A stretch of DNA of 64,000 bases from Gemmatimonadales bacterium (GTDB lineage Bacteria > Gemmatimonadota > Gemmatimonadetes > Gemmatimonadales > GWC2-71-9), in assembly GCA_035699205.1 (NCBI GenBank), contig DASSBA010000011.1:1339-65338 (forward strand). Direction: 5' to 3'. Position numbers and translations under genes: made by a program. This document shows, in pieces, positions 26,938 to 39,127 of this stretch. The stretch's first letter is position 1, and each line of letters starts with the position of its first letter. The notes beneath the pieces are model-generated. The model saw only the letters and a program-made list of their open reading frames with translations. It did no database searches and was not told the origin of the DNA.

Positions 26938-28101
26938 TTACTTGAGCAGGGTCTTCGCGATCGTCTGCAGCTGCATGTTGCTCGTGCCCTCGTAGATCGT
27001 CCCGATCTTGGCATCGCGATAGTACTTCTCCGCCGGGTACTCCGTGGAGTATCCGTAACCGCCGAACAGCTCGAGACAGTTGGACGTGGTGCGATCGGCC
27101 ACCTGTGAGCTGAACAGCTTGGCCATCGCGGCCTGTGCGGCGAACGGCTGCCCCGCGTCCTTGAGGCGCGCCGCGTTGTAGACCATCAGCCGCGCGGCCT
27201 CGAGGTCCGTGGCCATCTGCGCAAGCTGGAATTGCACGCCCTGGAATTCCGCCACCGGCTTGCCGAACTGCCGGCGCTCCTTCACGTACGCGGTGGCCGC
27301 CTCGAGGGCGCCGGTGCCCACGCCGATCATCTGCGCCCCGATCCCGATGCGGCCCTCGTTCAGTGTCTCGATGGCGATCCTGTATCCCTGCCCGACCGGC
27401 CCGAGCACATTGGCCGCCGGCACCCGGCACTGCTCCAGAATCAGCTCGGTGGTGCTCGACGCCCGGATGCCGAGCTTCGTCTCCTTCTTCCCCACCGAAA
27501 AGCCGGGAAAACCGCGCTCGACCACGAACGCCGTGATCCCCTTGTAACCCTTCGAGGCGTCGGCGTTGGCGAACACGATGAAGACTCCCGCCTCGGCGCC
27601 GTTGGTGATCCAGAACTTCCGGCCGGTGAGCTCCCAGCCCTCCGCGGTCCGCTCCGCGCGCGTCTCGAGCGCGAAGGCGTCGCTTCCGCTCCCCGGCTCC
27701 GACAGCGCGAAGGCGCCGAGCAGGCCGGTGGTGAGCCGCGGGAAGTAGCGGCGCTGCTGCTCGTCGTTGCCCCAGCGGATGAGCGCATTGTTGACCAGGG
27801 TGTTGTGCACGTCCACGTAGATGGCGGCGGAGGCATCCACCCGCGCGAGCTCCTCGATGGCCAGCACCGCCATGAAGATGCTGCCGCCGGCCCCGCCGAA
27901 CTGCTCCGGCACTTCGATGCCCATGAGGCCGAGCTCGAAGAACCGCGGGATCAGCTCGGGGCGGAACTGGGCCGCCTCGTCCATCGCCTGGACGTGCGGG
28001 CGCACCTCGGCCTCGGCGAACTCACGGACCGCGTCGCGGAACATGTTTTCTTCGTCGGACAGAGTGGTGAGGGCGGGCGCGGCGGTGCGGAGGTCCTGCA
28101 T
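26938..28101 (-). CDS. Acyl-CoA dehydrogenase (short/branched-chain type)
   Basis: Track ORF trimmed to MQDLRT. Motifs: GAFALSEPGSGSDA, KFWITNG, QCLELFGGYGYSTEYPAEKYYRDAKIGTIYEGTSNMQ. Confidence 0.92.
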   Translation of the reverse strand: MQDLRTAAPALTTLSDEENMFRDAVREFAEAEVRPHVQAMDEAAQFRPELIPRFFELGLMGIEVPEQFGGAGGSIFMAVLAIEELARVDASAAIYVDVHNTLVNNALIRWGNDEQQRRYFPRLTTGLLGAFALSEPGSGSDAFALETRAERTAEGWELTGRKFWITNGAEAGVFIVFANADASKGYKGITAFVVERGFPGFSVGKKETKLGIRASSTTELILEQCRVPAANVLGPVGQGYRIAIETLNEGRIGIGAQMIGVGTGALEAATAYVKERRQFGKPVAEFQGVQFQLAQMATDLEAARLMVYNAARLKDAGQPFAAQAAMAKLFSSQVADRTTSNCLELFGGYGYSTEYPAEKYYRDAKIGTIYEGTSNMQLQTIAKTLLK

Positions 28102-28135
28102 GGACTGGGACTCCGAAAGAGGTCGGCAGCGATCC

Positions 28136-30016
28136 TCAGGTGCCGGGAGTATACCCCCGGCTCGCGACCGGTTCAATCGGCGCCGCCGCCAGCACATCGA
28201 GCGCCACGGGCACCCGGCCAAGCGGCGCCGACACCTGCGCCCCCTGTACCCGCTCGGCGACCGCTTCGAGCATTTCGCGTGAGATGCGCACGCCTTCGGC
28301 CAGCGCCGCCTCCTTGCCGCCCGCGCTCGCGGCCCGCATCCGCTGCAGGATCACGTCCGGAACCGAGACGCCTGGCACCTCGTTCGCCAGGAATTCCGCG
28401 TTCCGCACCGAGACGAGCGGCCAGATGCCCGCGATGATCGGGATCCGGAAGTTCTCGACCCGCTCGAGGAATCGGTCGAGCTGGACCAGGTCGAACACCG
28501 GCTGGGTGATCGCGTACTCGGCCCCGGCCTCGACCTTGTAGGCGAACCGCTTGAGCTCGCGCTCCAGGTCCGGCGCGGCGGGGTTCACCCCGACGCCGAT
28601 CACGAAGCGGGTCGGCTCGCCGATGGGGTTGCCGCCGGGATCGAGCCCGTGGTTGAGCCGGCTCACCAGGTTGGTCAGCCCGATACTGTCGATGTCGAAG
28701 ACCGCCGTGGCTTCCGGATAGGGACCCATCTTGGGCGGGTCGCCCGTGATGATGAGCAGGTTCCGCACGCCGGCCGCCGCGGCGCCGAGCAGGTCAGAGA
28801 GCATCCCCAGCAGGTTGCGGTCGCGACAGGCATAGTGCACCACCGCCTCCAGTCCCACCTCGCGCTGGATCATGAGCGCGGAGAGCAGCGCGCCCATCCG
28901 GCTCTGCGCGCGGGGACCGTCGGGCACGTTCACCGCGTCCACGCCGGCGGCCTTGAGCTGCCGGACCTGCTCGAACATCGGGGTCGGATCGACGCCTTTC
29001 GGCGGCACGATCTCGACCGTGGTGACGAAGCGCCCCTCCGCCAGCTTGGCGCCGAGCCGCGACCGCGTGGCGAGCGGCACCGGGTCGACCGCGACCGCCG
29101 GAGCCGGGGCCGGGGTCGTTCCCATTTCGAACGCGTGCCGCGGCGAAACGCTCTGCACGAAGCCCACCATCGCCCGGATGTGATCGGGCGTGGTGCCGCA
29201 GCAGCCGCCGACGAACCGCGCGCCCGCCTCGACCATGCGCCGGGCGTAGCTTGCCATGTACTCGGGCGACGCCATGTAGATCTTGCGGTCGCCGACCTCG
29301 CGCGGGAGGCCCGCGTTCGGCTGCGCGCTGATCGGCAGGCTCACGACCCGCGCGAGCTTCTCCACCGCCTCCAGCACGCCGTGCGGCCCGACCGAGCAGT
29401 TCACGCCCACGATGTCCACGCCCATCGCCGCGAGCTCGGGGCCGAACGCCACGGGATCGGTGCCGTAGTGGGTCTTCCCGTCGGTCCCGACCGTCATCTG
29501 GGCGATGATGGGGAGGTCGGACAGCCCGCGGATCGCTTCCACGGCCGCTCCCAGCTCGGCCACGTCGCTGAAGGTCTCGAGGATGAACCCGTCCACCCCC
29601 CCCTCGAGCAGCCCGCAGGCCTGGCGGCGGAAGGCGGCGCGCGCCTCGTCCAGCGAGAGTTCGCCGAACGGCTCGATCCGGACGCCGAGCGGGCCGACGG
29701 CGCCGGCGACCGCGGCCCGCGCCCCGGCCGCCTCCCGTGCGAGGACCGCGGCGGCGGCATTGATCCGCTCGGTGTCTCCGGCCAGGCCGCACGTCGCCAG
29801 CTTGAGCGGGTTGGCGCCGAAGGTGTTGGTTTCCAGCAGCTCGGCGCCGGCGCGGACGTACTCGCGATGGATGTCGCGCACGAGATCCGGCTGCCGGAGG
29901 TTCAGCTCGTCGTAGCAGACGTTGAGGAACACGCCCCGGCCATACAGCATGGTGCCCATGGCCCCGTCCACCACGTGGACGCGGCCGTCGCCGAGGAGGT
30001 CGCGCAGGGTGGGCAT
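28136..30016 (-). CDS. Bifunctional homocysteine S-methyltransferase / 5,10-methylenetetrahydrofolate reductase (YitJ-like)
   Basis: 626 aa. The N-terminal Hcy-binding domain has VVDGAMGTMLY, ETNTFGAN and [11 protein letters not shown]. The C-terminal MTHFR domain has VEIVPPKG, YACRDRN and LIITGDPP. Confidence 0.9.
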   Translation of the reverse strand: MPTLRDLLGDGRVHVVDGAMGTMLYGRGVFLNVCYDELNLRQPDLVRDIHREYVRAGAELLETNTFGANPLKLATCGLAGDTERINAAAAVLAREAAGARAAVAGAVGPLGVRIEPFGELSLDEARAAFRRQACGLLEGGVDGFILETFSDVAELGAAVEAIRGLSDLPIIAQMTVGTDGKTHYGTDPVAFGPELAAMGVDIVGVNCSVGPHGVLEAVEKLARVVSLPISAQPNAGLPREVGDRKIYMASPEYMASYARRMVEAGARFVGGCCGTTPDHIRAMVGFVQSVSPRHAFEMGTTPAPAPAVAVDPVPLATRSRLGAKLAEGRFVTTVEIVPPKGVDPTPMFEQVRQLKAAGVDAVNVPDGPRAQSRMGALLSALMIQREVGLEAVVHYACRDRNLLGMLSDLLGAAAAGVRNLLIITGDPPKMGPYPEATAVFDIDSIGLTNLVSRLNHGLDPGGNPIGEPTRFVIGVGVNPAAPDLERELKRFAYKVEAGAEYAITQPVFDLVQLDRFLERVENFRIPIIAGIWPLVSVRNAEFLANEVPGVSVPDVILQRMRAASAGGKEAALAEGVRISREMLEAVAERVQGAQVSAPLGRVPVALDVLAAAPIEPVASRGYTPGT

Positions 30017-30017
30017 C

Positions 30018-33764
<3,747 letters not shown>

Positions 33765-33780
33765 GGGAACGCTCCGGGAC

Positions 33781-33813
33781 GAAAAAGCCCCTGAAGCCAA
33801 AACGCCTCAGGGG
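33781..33813 (-). terminator. Intrinsic terminator/attenuator in the metH leader
   Basis: Minus-strand RNA CCCCUGAGGC-GUUUUG-GCUUCAGGGG followed by CUUUUUC, ending about 17 nt before the metH start codon. Confidence 0.65.
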
Positions 33814-33927
33814 TGCGTTTTAGCGGTTTTTAACGTGGCCGCAAGCAGCGCAAATCGCCACGACTCAGTTGTCCGACTTCCGCAACTTAATGCGATCGCT
33901 CGCACCGGGCCACTTGCGGGGGCCAGG
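33814..33927 (-). promoter_or_regulatory. Structured metH leader, candidate SAM-responsive riboswitch aptamer (class uncertain, SAM-II-like pseudoknot suspected)
   Basis: Stem CGUGGC/GCCACG (33857-33862 with 33834-33839) encloses a U-rich loop GAUUUGCGCUGCUUGCG and is followed by UUAAAAACCGCUAAAACGC. AAAACGC can alternatively pair with GCGUUUU in the terminator. Confidence 0.4.
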
Positions 33928-34209
33928 TCACAGCTGGAGGCGCCGGAAGGCCGCCTCCGGCGTGAGCCCGTGCACCGCGACCAGCTTGGAGCGCCCCGCC
34001 GCACCCCGGTCGAGCCGTACCGCCGAACGCGGCACCTCCAGCAGCTCCGCCAGGAAGCGCACGAGCGCCTCGTTGGCGGCGCCACCCACCGGAGGCGCGG
34101 CCAACCGCACCTTGAGCGCGTCCCCGTGCCGCCCCGCGAGCTCGGTGCGCGAGGCCCCCGGCTGCACGTGCACCCGCAGCAGGATGCCGGTCCGCGTCGC
34201 CTGGATCAG
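33928..34209 (-). CDS. yggU: DUF167 / YggU family protein
   Basis: ILLRVHVQPGASRTELAGRHGDALKVRLAAPPVGGAANEALVRFLAELLEVPRSAVRLDRGAAGRSKLV matches the YggU pattern. The only in-frame start near the expected N-terminus is CTG 34209 (CTGA overlap with the yggT stop), so the start is uncertain. Confidence 0.7.
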   Translation of the reverse strand: MIQATRTGILLRVHVQPGASRTELAGRHGDALKVRLAAPPVGGAANEALVRFLAELLEVPRSAVRLDRGAAGRSKLVAVHGLTPEAAFRRLQL

Positions 34210-34781
34210 AGCAGCGACAGGACGAAGCTGCGGGCCAGGCTGAGCACCAGCCAGGCCACCAGCGGGCTGAAGTCGATCATGCCGAGCGGTGGCAGGATCC
34301 GCCGGATCGGATCGACGATCCAGTCGGTGAGCACCATGACCACGCGCATCCAGCGATGGTAGGGCGAGATCCCGAACCATGACGCGATGACCCGCACGAT
34401 CACCGCGATCATGACCACGGTGAAGAGCCCACCCACGGCGAACCGGAGCCACGCGCGCGACCCCGCTGCCGCGAGGTAGCGGAACGTGACCGCGAACCCG
34501 GCGAGCCAGTGCACCAGGGTGAGCAGGAGCAGACCGCCGGCGATCACGATGCCCAGGAGCCAGAGCGGCGCGTCCTGTGGATTGCCGCCCGCGCGCAGGA
34601 TACGGCGCTCGAGCGGCAGCAGCACCGGATCGCTCGCCCGGCGCATGAAGCGCGGCCAGACGCCGAACGGCGTGATCCGCCGGCTTCGCACCAGCCAATG
34701 GGTAAGCGCCACGACCGACGCACAGGCAAGCGCCAGCACGATGGCGCTTCGGGTGATCAGATCGATCGTGGCGAAGATCAT
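34206..34781 (-). CDS. yggT: YggT family membrane protein (two YGGT repeats)
   Basis: 191 aa. The motif W...DP.L.PLRR.LP is repeated (DPVLLPLERRIL and DPIRRILPPLGMIDFSPLVAWLVL). Confidence 0.8.
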   Translation of the reverse strand: MIFATIDLITRSAIVLALACASVVALTHWLVRSRRITPFGVWPRFMRRASDPVLLPLERRILRAGGNPQDAPLWLLGIVIAGGLLLLTLVHWLAGFAVTFRYLAAAGSRAWLRFAVGGLFTVVMIAVIVRVIASWFGISPYHRWMRVVMVLTDWIVDPIRRILPPLGMIDFSPLVAWLVLSLARSFVLSLL

Positions 34782-34797
34782 GGGTGGGAAGGAAGGG

Positions 34798-35250
34798 TCA
34801 GCGGCCGGCCGCGCCCACCCGCATGGGCCGCTGCGCGCCCGAGCGGGTCGTGCACATGAGCGTGAACCGCCCGCCGTTCAGTGCCGCTTCCTCGAGGATC
34901 CCGCCGTCGCCGCGGCAGGAGGTGATATCGCGGGAGTCGGTCCGGCGGAATGCCACGGTCACGACCGGCTCCCGGGCAATGTTGACCAGGCGCCGCACGG
35001 TGGCGGGGGTGAGGCTGTCGATGCCCATCTGGCGGAAGGAGGCGGCGGGACGCCCCTGATGGGACCCCCGGTAGTCGACGGCGCGATCCACCAGCTCGAA
35101 GACTTCGTGCCCCAGCGTCTCCGCCTCATCCTGGTCGCGCGGCAGGTCGGCCCGGACCTCGTTCCGCTCGGGCCGGGCCGCGTCCCTGGCGCCGCACGCC
35201 AGCAGGAGCGCCAACGCCAGCACGGTTCCGGCCGTGGCCCCGGGCCTCAT
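34798..35250 (-). CDS. Hypothetical lipoprotein
   Basis: 150 aa with lipobox LALALLLAC. ATGA overlap with the desaturase stop. Confidence 0.6.
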   Translation of the reverse strand: MRPGATAGTVLALALLLACGARDAARPERNEVRADLPRDQDEAETLGHEVFELVDRAVDYRGSHQGRPAASFRQMGIDSLTPATVRRLVNIAREPVVTVAFRRTDSRDITSCRGDGGILEEAALNGGRFTLMCTTRSGAQRPMRVGAAGR

Positions 35251-36224
35251 TCCATCGCGAATTCACGGTTGAACACGACCTCGAAGCTGAACGTCTTGGC
35301 GCGGCTCCGGGTCTCCATGATCTCGGCGATGCGCTTGAGCCTCGCCGGGATACCCATGATCTTCTCCTGGGCGATCCGGCCCATCTCGTTGAGTCCCTGG
35401 ATGCCCTCGATCTTCCAGTAGCGGATCTGCTCCTGCACGATCCGCAGGTAGTCGCGCGGGCCGTAGATGCCGGCTCGGCGGATCACGTCGGCCAGCTCCT
35501 TGAACCCCGGCATCGTGACCCCGGGCATGTCGATGGCCGGCAGGATGAAGGACGCCGAGTGCAGCGCGTTGTTGGGGTCGCGCTGGAGGATCAGCTCGAA
35601 TACGCTCCGGTAGAACGCGTAGTGCCGCGCCTCGTCCTTGGCGACGTGGCTCAGCACTCCGGACAGGCGTGGCTCGTACTCGCCGACGATCCGGCCGGTC
35701 TCGGCGTGCGAGAACTGGGTGGCCCGCTCCTGCACCGTGGTGTAGGCGAAGACCCGGTAGGGGTCCTTGTCCCACTCGGGGTGGAAGCCGCGCCGGAGAT
35801 ACTCGAACTGCATTTCCTCGATCTTGCGCTGGTCGAAGAGCCGGGTGTCCCGGCAGTAGTCGTGCAGCACCTGGCCGTGGCGGTCCTCCTCGGCGGTCCA
35901 GAGGTTGTTCCACGCGCGCCAGTGGCTGTCGTCCCCCAGGTACACCGCGAGGAGGCGATGGAAGTGAGGCAATCCCTCCTCGGTCAGCATGTTGAGCGCG
36001 AGCGCCGCCCGGACCGGGTCCGGGATGCCGTCGGCCTGATCCCGCAGCGTGCGGACGAATTCGTCCGGGCAGCTCTGCGGCTCCGGCGCCAGCAGGTCCG
36101 ACGGGAACCAGAGCTCGCGCTTGCGCTCGTGGTTCTCCCTGAGCTCGCGCACCGGCTCCTCGAGATCCTTGAGCACTTCGATCTTGTGGGCCAGCTCGCG
36201 CTCCGTGTCGGTGGCAATTCCCAT
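35247..36224 (-). CDS. Soluble acyl-ACP desaturase (di-iron, DesA1/DesA2-like)
   Basis: 325 aa. Motifs: NMLTEEGLPHFH, WTAEEDRHG (EExxH), ERATQFSH and the second DEARH di-iron motif. Confidence 0.88.
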   Translation of the reverse strand: MGIATDTERELAHKIEVLKDLEEPVRELRENHERKRELWFPSDLLAPEPQSCPDEFVRTLRDQADGIPDPVRAALALNMLTEEGLPHFHRLLAVYLGDDSHWRAWNNLWTAEEDRHGQVLHDYCRDTRLFDQRKIEEMQFEYLRRGFHPEWDKDPYRVFAYTTVQERATQFSHAETGRIVGEYEPRLSGVLSHVAKDEARHYAFYRSVFELILQRDPNNALHSASFILPAIDMPGVTMPGFKELADVIRRAGIYGPRDYLRIVQEQIRYWKIEGIQGLNEMGRIAQEKIMGIPARLKRIAEIMETRSRAKTFSFEVVFNREFAME

Positions 36225-36260
36225 GAGGTTCCTTTATGGTGGACTTGCGCCTACGCACGA

Positions 36261-36298
36261 TAAAACGACCGGCCACTGTAACATACAGTGGCCGGTCG
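36261..36298 (-). terminator. Rho-independent terminator after the GNAT gene
   Basis: Minus-strand CGACCGGCCACTGT-loop-ACAGTGGCCGGTCG (14-15 bp perfect stem) followed by TTTTAT. Confidence 0.75.
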
Positions 36299-36321
36299 CA
36301 CCCGCGCCAATGCCGCGGCGG

Positions 36322-36753
36322 TCATTCCCCGGGGCTGATCCGCTTCTCCATCAGCGCCCAGGAGCGATGCCCTATGTAATCATCCCGCTGGAAGATACGG
36401 TCCCAGCCGAAGGCGGCGAGAAGACCCTCGGAGCGCTGGTCGTCGGTCCAGAACTCGGCCACGTGACCGCCGGCCTCGGCCGCGCGCTCCTCGAAGGCGG
36501 CCAGCAGCCGGTGCGCGTGGCCTCGATGCCGCTCCTGCGGCAGCACCACCACATCCACCAGGTGCGCCACCCCGCCCCGGAGCCAGTACCGCAAGCCGCC
36601 GATCCAGTCGCCGATCTCGTTGCTGAGAATGAGGTAGTGCTCATCGAGGGGTCCGGCGGCACCGGTGGGGCCGTCCTCCTGCTCGAGCAGCTCGGAGAAC
36701 CAGGCCGCGAAGTCCTCGTCCTGACCCATCTCTCGAATAGTGAGCTCGCTCAC
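36322..36753 (-). CDS. GNAT family N-acetyltransferase
   Basis: LVDVVVLPQERHRGHAHRLLAAFEERAAEAGGHV (acetyl-CoA binding Q/RxxGxG/A-like). The start is set at GTG 36753; ATG 36729 is an alternative. Confidence 0.7.
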   Translation of the reverse strand: MSELTIREMGQDEDFAAWFSELLEQEDGPTGAAGPLDEHYLILSNEIGDWIGGLRYWLRGGVAHLVDVVVLPQERHRGHAHRLLAAFEERAAEAGGHVAEFWTDDQRSEGLLAAFGWDRIFQRDDYIGHRSWALMEKRISPGE

Positions 36754-36923
36754 GTGGCCACCCGCCTTCCCGTTGATTGCCCCACCACATCGCAACAGTA
36801 ATGCCAACCGAACCGTTCCCGCCCGTGAACGTGGTCACGGTCGCCCGCGCTTGCCCCCGCTGGCCAGTGGTCTAGCTTGCACGATGCCGGGCGGATGCCG
36901 CCCGCGTCAGCCATGGAGGCAAC

Positions 36924-37391
36924 ATGTCCCAGCCCGCAACCGAGCCGGCGGCCGAGGAGCGGCACGCGGTGGTGCGGTGCGCCGTCTGCGCGACGGCCAA
37001 CCGGATCGATCTCGGCAGGTTGGCGCAAGGGCCCAGGTGCGCGAAGTGCCACCGGCCCATCCTGCTCGACCGGCCGGTCAAGGCGACCGAGGCGGATTTC
37101 GACCAGTCGCTGCAGGGCACCACCGTTCCGGTGCTCGTGGACTTCTATGCGGACTGGTGCGGCCCCTGTCATATGATGGCGCCGACGCTCGACGAGTTCG
37201 CCGCGCGCCACGCCGGCGCGGTCCTGGTGCTCAAACTGGACACCGAGGTGAATCCCACGGTGGCGTCACGGTTCGCGATCCGCGGCATTCCCACGCTCAT
37301 CGTATTCCAGGACGGCAAGGAACGCGGACGCCACGTCGGGGTGGCCGATCTCAAGCGCCTGGAATCCCTGGCCGGCGTGCCCGCGGGCTGA
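36924..37391 (+). CDS. trxC: Thioredoxin 2 type (N-terminal zinc finger plus WCGPC)
   Basis: CAVCATANR...CAKCHRP double CxxC, then DFYADWCGPCHMMAP and RGIPTLIVF. Confidence 0.9.
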   Translation: MSQPATEPAAEERHAVVRCAVCATANRIDLGRLAQGPRCAKCHRPILLDRPVKATEADFDQSLQGTTVPVLVDFYADWCGPCHMMAPTLDEFAARHAGAVLVLKLDTEVNPTVASRFAIRGIPTLIVFQDGKERGRHVGVADLKRLESLAGVPAG

Positions 37392-37397
37392 GTCCGG

Positions 37398-38771
37398 TCA
37401 CTGCAGCCCCGTCGCCACCGCCGCGCCGATCCCGAGGGCGGCGAGGAGGGCCAGCGCGCCCACGACCGGCGCCGTGAACCGGATCCACTCCTCGTACCGC
37501 ACGCCGCTCGCCGCCAGCATGGCCATGAGGGCGCCGTTCGTCGGGGTGACCAGCTCACACAGCCCGGCCCCATACTGATAGGCCAGCACCGTCACCTGGC
37601 GGGACAGGCCGATCAGGTCCGAGAGCGGAACCAGCAGCGGCATCGTGAGGACCGCCTGGCCGCTCGTGCTGGGCACCGGCAGATGGACCAGCGAGTGGAC
37701 CGCCATCATGCCCAGCGCGGAGAGCGTCGTCGGCAGGGCGGCGATCGGCGTGAACAGCCCGTGGACGATCGTGTCGACGATGTGCCCTTCATCGAGGACG
37801 ATGTAGATCCCCCGGGCGAACCCGATGAGCAGGCCGGCAAAAGCCATGGAGCGGAAGCCTTCGACGTAGCCCTCCGCGGTTCCTCCCAGCCCGAGTCCGC
37901 CCACCAGCCCCGCCGCCACACCCATCAGAAAGAACAGAGCGGAGAGCTGGTCGAAGTCCCACCCGTAGCCCGTCACCCCGATCACGAATACGATGAAGGT
38001 GACGACCACGATTCCGAGCACCACCATCTGCCGCCAGCCGGCCGACGCCCCCTCGGCACCAGCGGGGTCGGGAGGCTCGGGCGCGGTACGGGTCCGCCGC
38101 GCGAAACGCATCGTGCCCGCGATCCAGCCGAGCCAGGCCAGCACCAGAAAAACCGACCTGAACTCCCAGCCGCTCAGGAGCGTCACTCCCGCCACCTTCT
38201 GCGCGATCCCCACCTGGAACGGGTTGATCGGGCTGAACGAGGCGCCGACGGCGGACACGCCCAGACTCATGGCGACCGCGGTGAGCGCGTTGAAGCCGAG
38301 CCGGCGAGTGAGCAGGAGGAGCACGGGGACGAAGGCGATCAGCTCTTCCTGCATCTGGACCAGGATGCCTCCCCACCCGAAGACGAATCCGACGATGGGG
38401 ATGACCCAGATGCCGCGCCCCGCGAGCCGGCGGACCAGCCAGTTCACGAGGTCGCCCAGGGCGCCGGTCCGCTCCACGACCGCGAATGCCCCGCCGACGA
38501 GGAAGACATAGAAAATGACCGAAGCCGCATCGCTCATCCCCTTGGGAATGGCGACCAGCGCGTCGAATCCGTCCACCGGACTCGCCGCGACGGCGTGATA
38601 AGTGCCGGCGACGACCACCTGGCGGCCGGCGGCCGGGTCCTCCCGCCGCTCGTACTCGCCGGCGGGCAGCAGCCAGGTGAGGACGGCTGCCGCCGCTACG
38701 CAGAGGACGAGCAGGGTCAGAGGATGTGGAAAGCGGAGTCGCGGCGCGTCCACCGCGGCGCGGGCGCTCAC
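37398..38771 (-). CDS. YfcC/DcuC-family membrane transporter
   Basis: Track ORF trimmed to GTG 38771. IFYVFLVGGAFAVVERTGALG, MQEELIAFVPVLLLL and SFSPINPF resemble YfcC-type carriers; about 12 TM segments. Confidence 0.78.
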   Translation of the reverse strand: MSARAAVDAPRLRFPHPLTLLVLCVAAAAVLTWLLPAGEYERREDPAAGRQVVVAGTYHAVAASPVDGFDALVAIPKGMSDAASVIFYVFLVGGAFAVVERTGALGDLVNWLVRRLAGRGIWVIPIVGFVFGWGGILVQMQEELIAFVPVLLLLTRRLGFNALTAVAMSLGVSAVGASFSPINPFQVGIAQKVAGVTLLSGWEFRSVFLVLAWLGWIAGTMRFARRTRTAPEPPDPAGAEGASAGWRQMVVLGIVVVTFIVFVIGVTGYGWDFDQLSALFFLMGVAAGLVGGLGLGGTAEGYVEGFRSMAFAGLLIGFARGIYIVLDEGHIVDTIVHGLFTPIAALPTTLSALGMMAVHSLVHLPVPSTSGQAVLTMPLLVPLSDLIGLSRQVTVLAYQYGAGLCELVTPTNGALMAMLAASGVRYEEWIRFTAPVVGALALLAALGIGAAVATGLQ

Positions 38772-39040
38772 AGCGTGCGGCAGTGGCGGCTGACCGGCGG
38801 AATCCGGTCGCAGGCGATCCGGTCGTTCATCGACCCGGCGAGCGGCCCGCACGCGGCGGTCTGCGCCTCCCGGGCCGCGGCTTCCTCCGACGCGCCCGAC
38901 GCCGTGCCGCTGCCCCGTCTGCCCTCGAACTCGACCGCCACCGAGCACTCCACCTGCTGGCTGGACAGCGTGGACCACAGCAGGAACGCGACGAATGCCA
39001 GGACCACGAGGAGCGTGATGTTCCGAGTGCGCGGAGTCAT
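38768..39040 (-). CDS. Small membrane-anchored/secreted Cys-containing protein
   Basis: 90 aa MTPRTRNITLLVVLAFVAFLLWSTL... with 4 Cys. Its TGA overlaps the GTG of the transporter (GTGA). Confidence 0.45.
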   Translation of the reverse strand: MTPRTRNITLLVVLAFVAFLLWSTLSSQQVECSVAVEFEGRRGSGTASGASEEAAAREAQTAACGPLAGSMNDRIACDRIPPVSRHCRTL

Positions 39041-39127
39041 ACCGGGTGGAACCTCCGGACGAGGTGCGCTGTTCACGAGGGCGTAGCGCGGCCGCGGACG
39101 GCCGCCGCCCGGCACGGGAGGACTCGA

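Noticed and set aside
33765-33927. Cobalamin riboswitch upstream of metH
   Set aside because: The leader is too short for a typical cobalamin aptamer and I could not find a B12-box-like sequence. B12 riboswitches usually control metE rather than metH.
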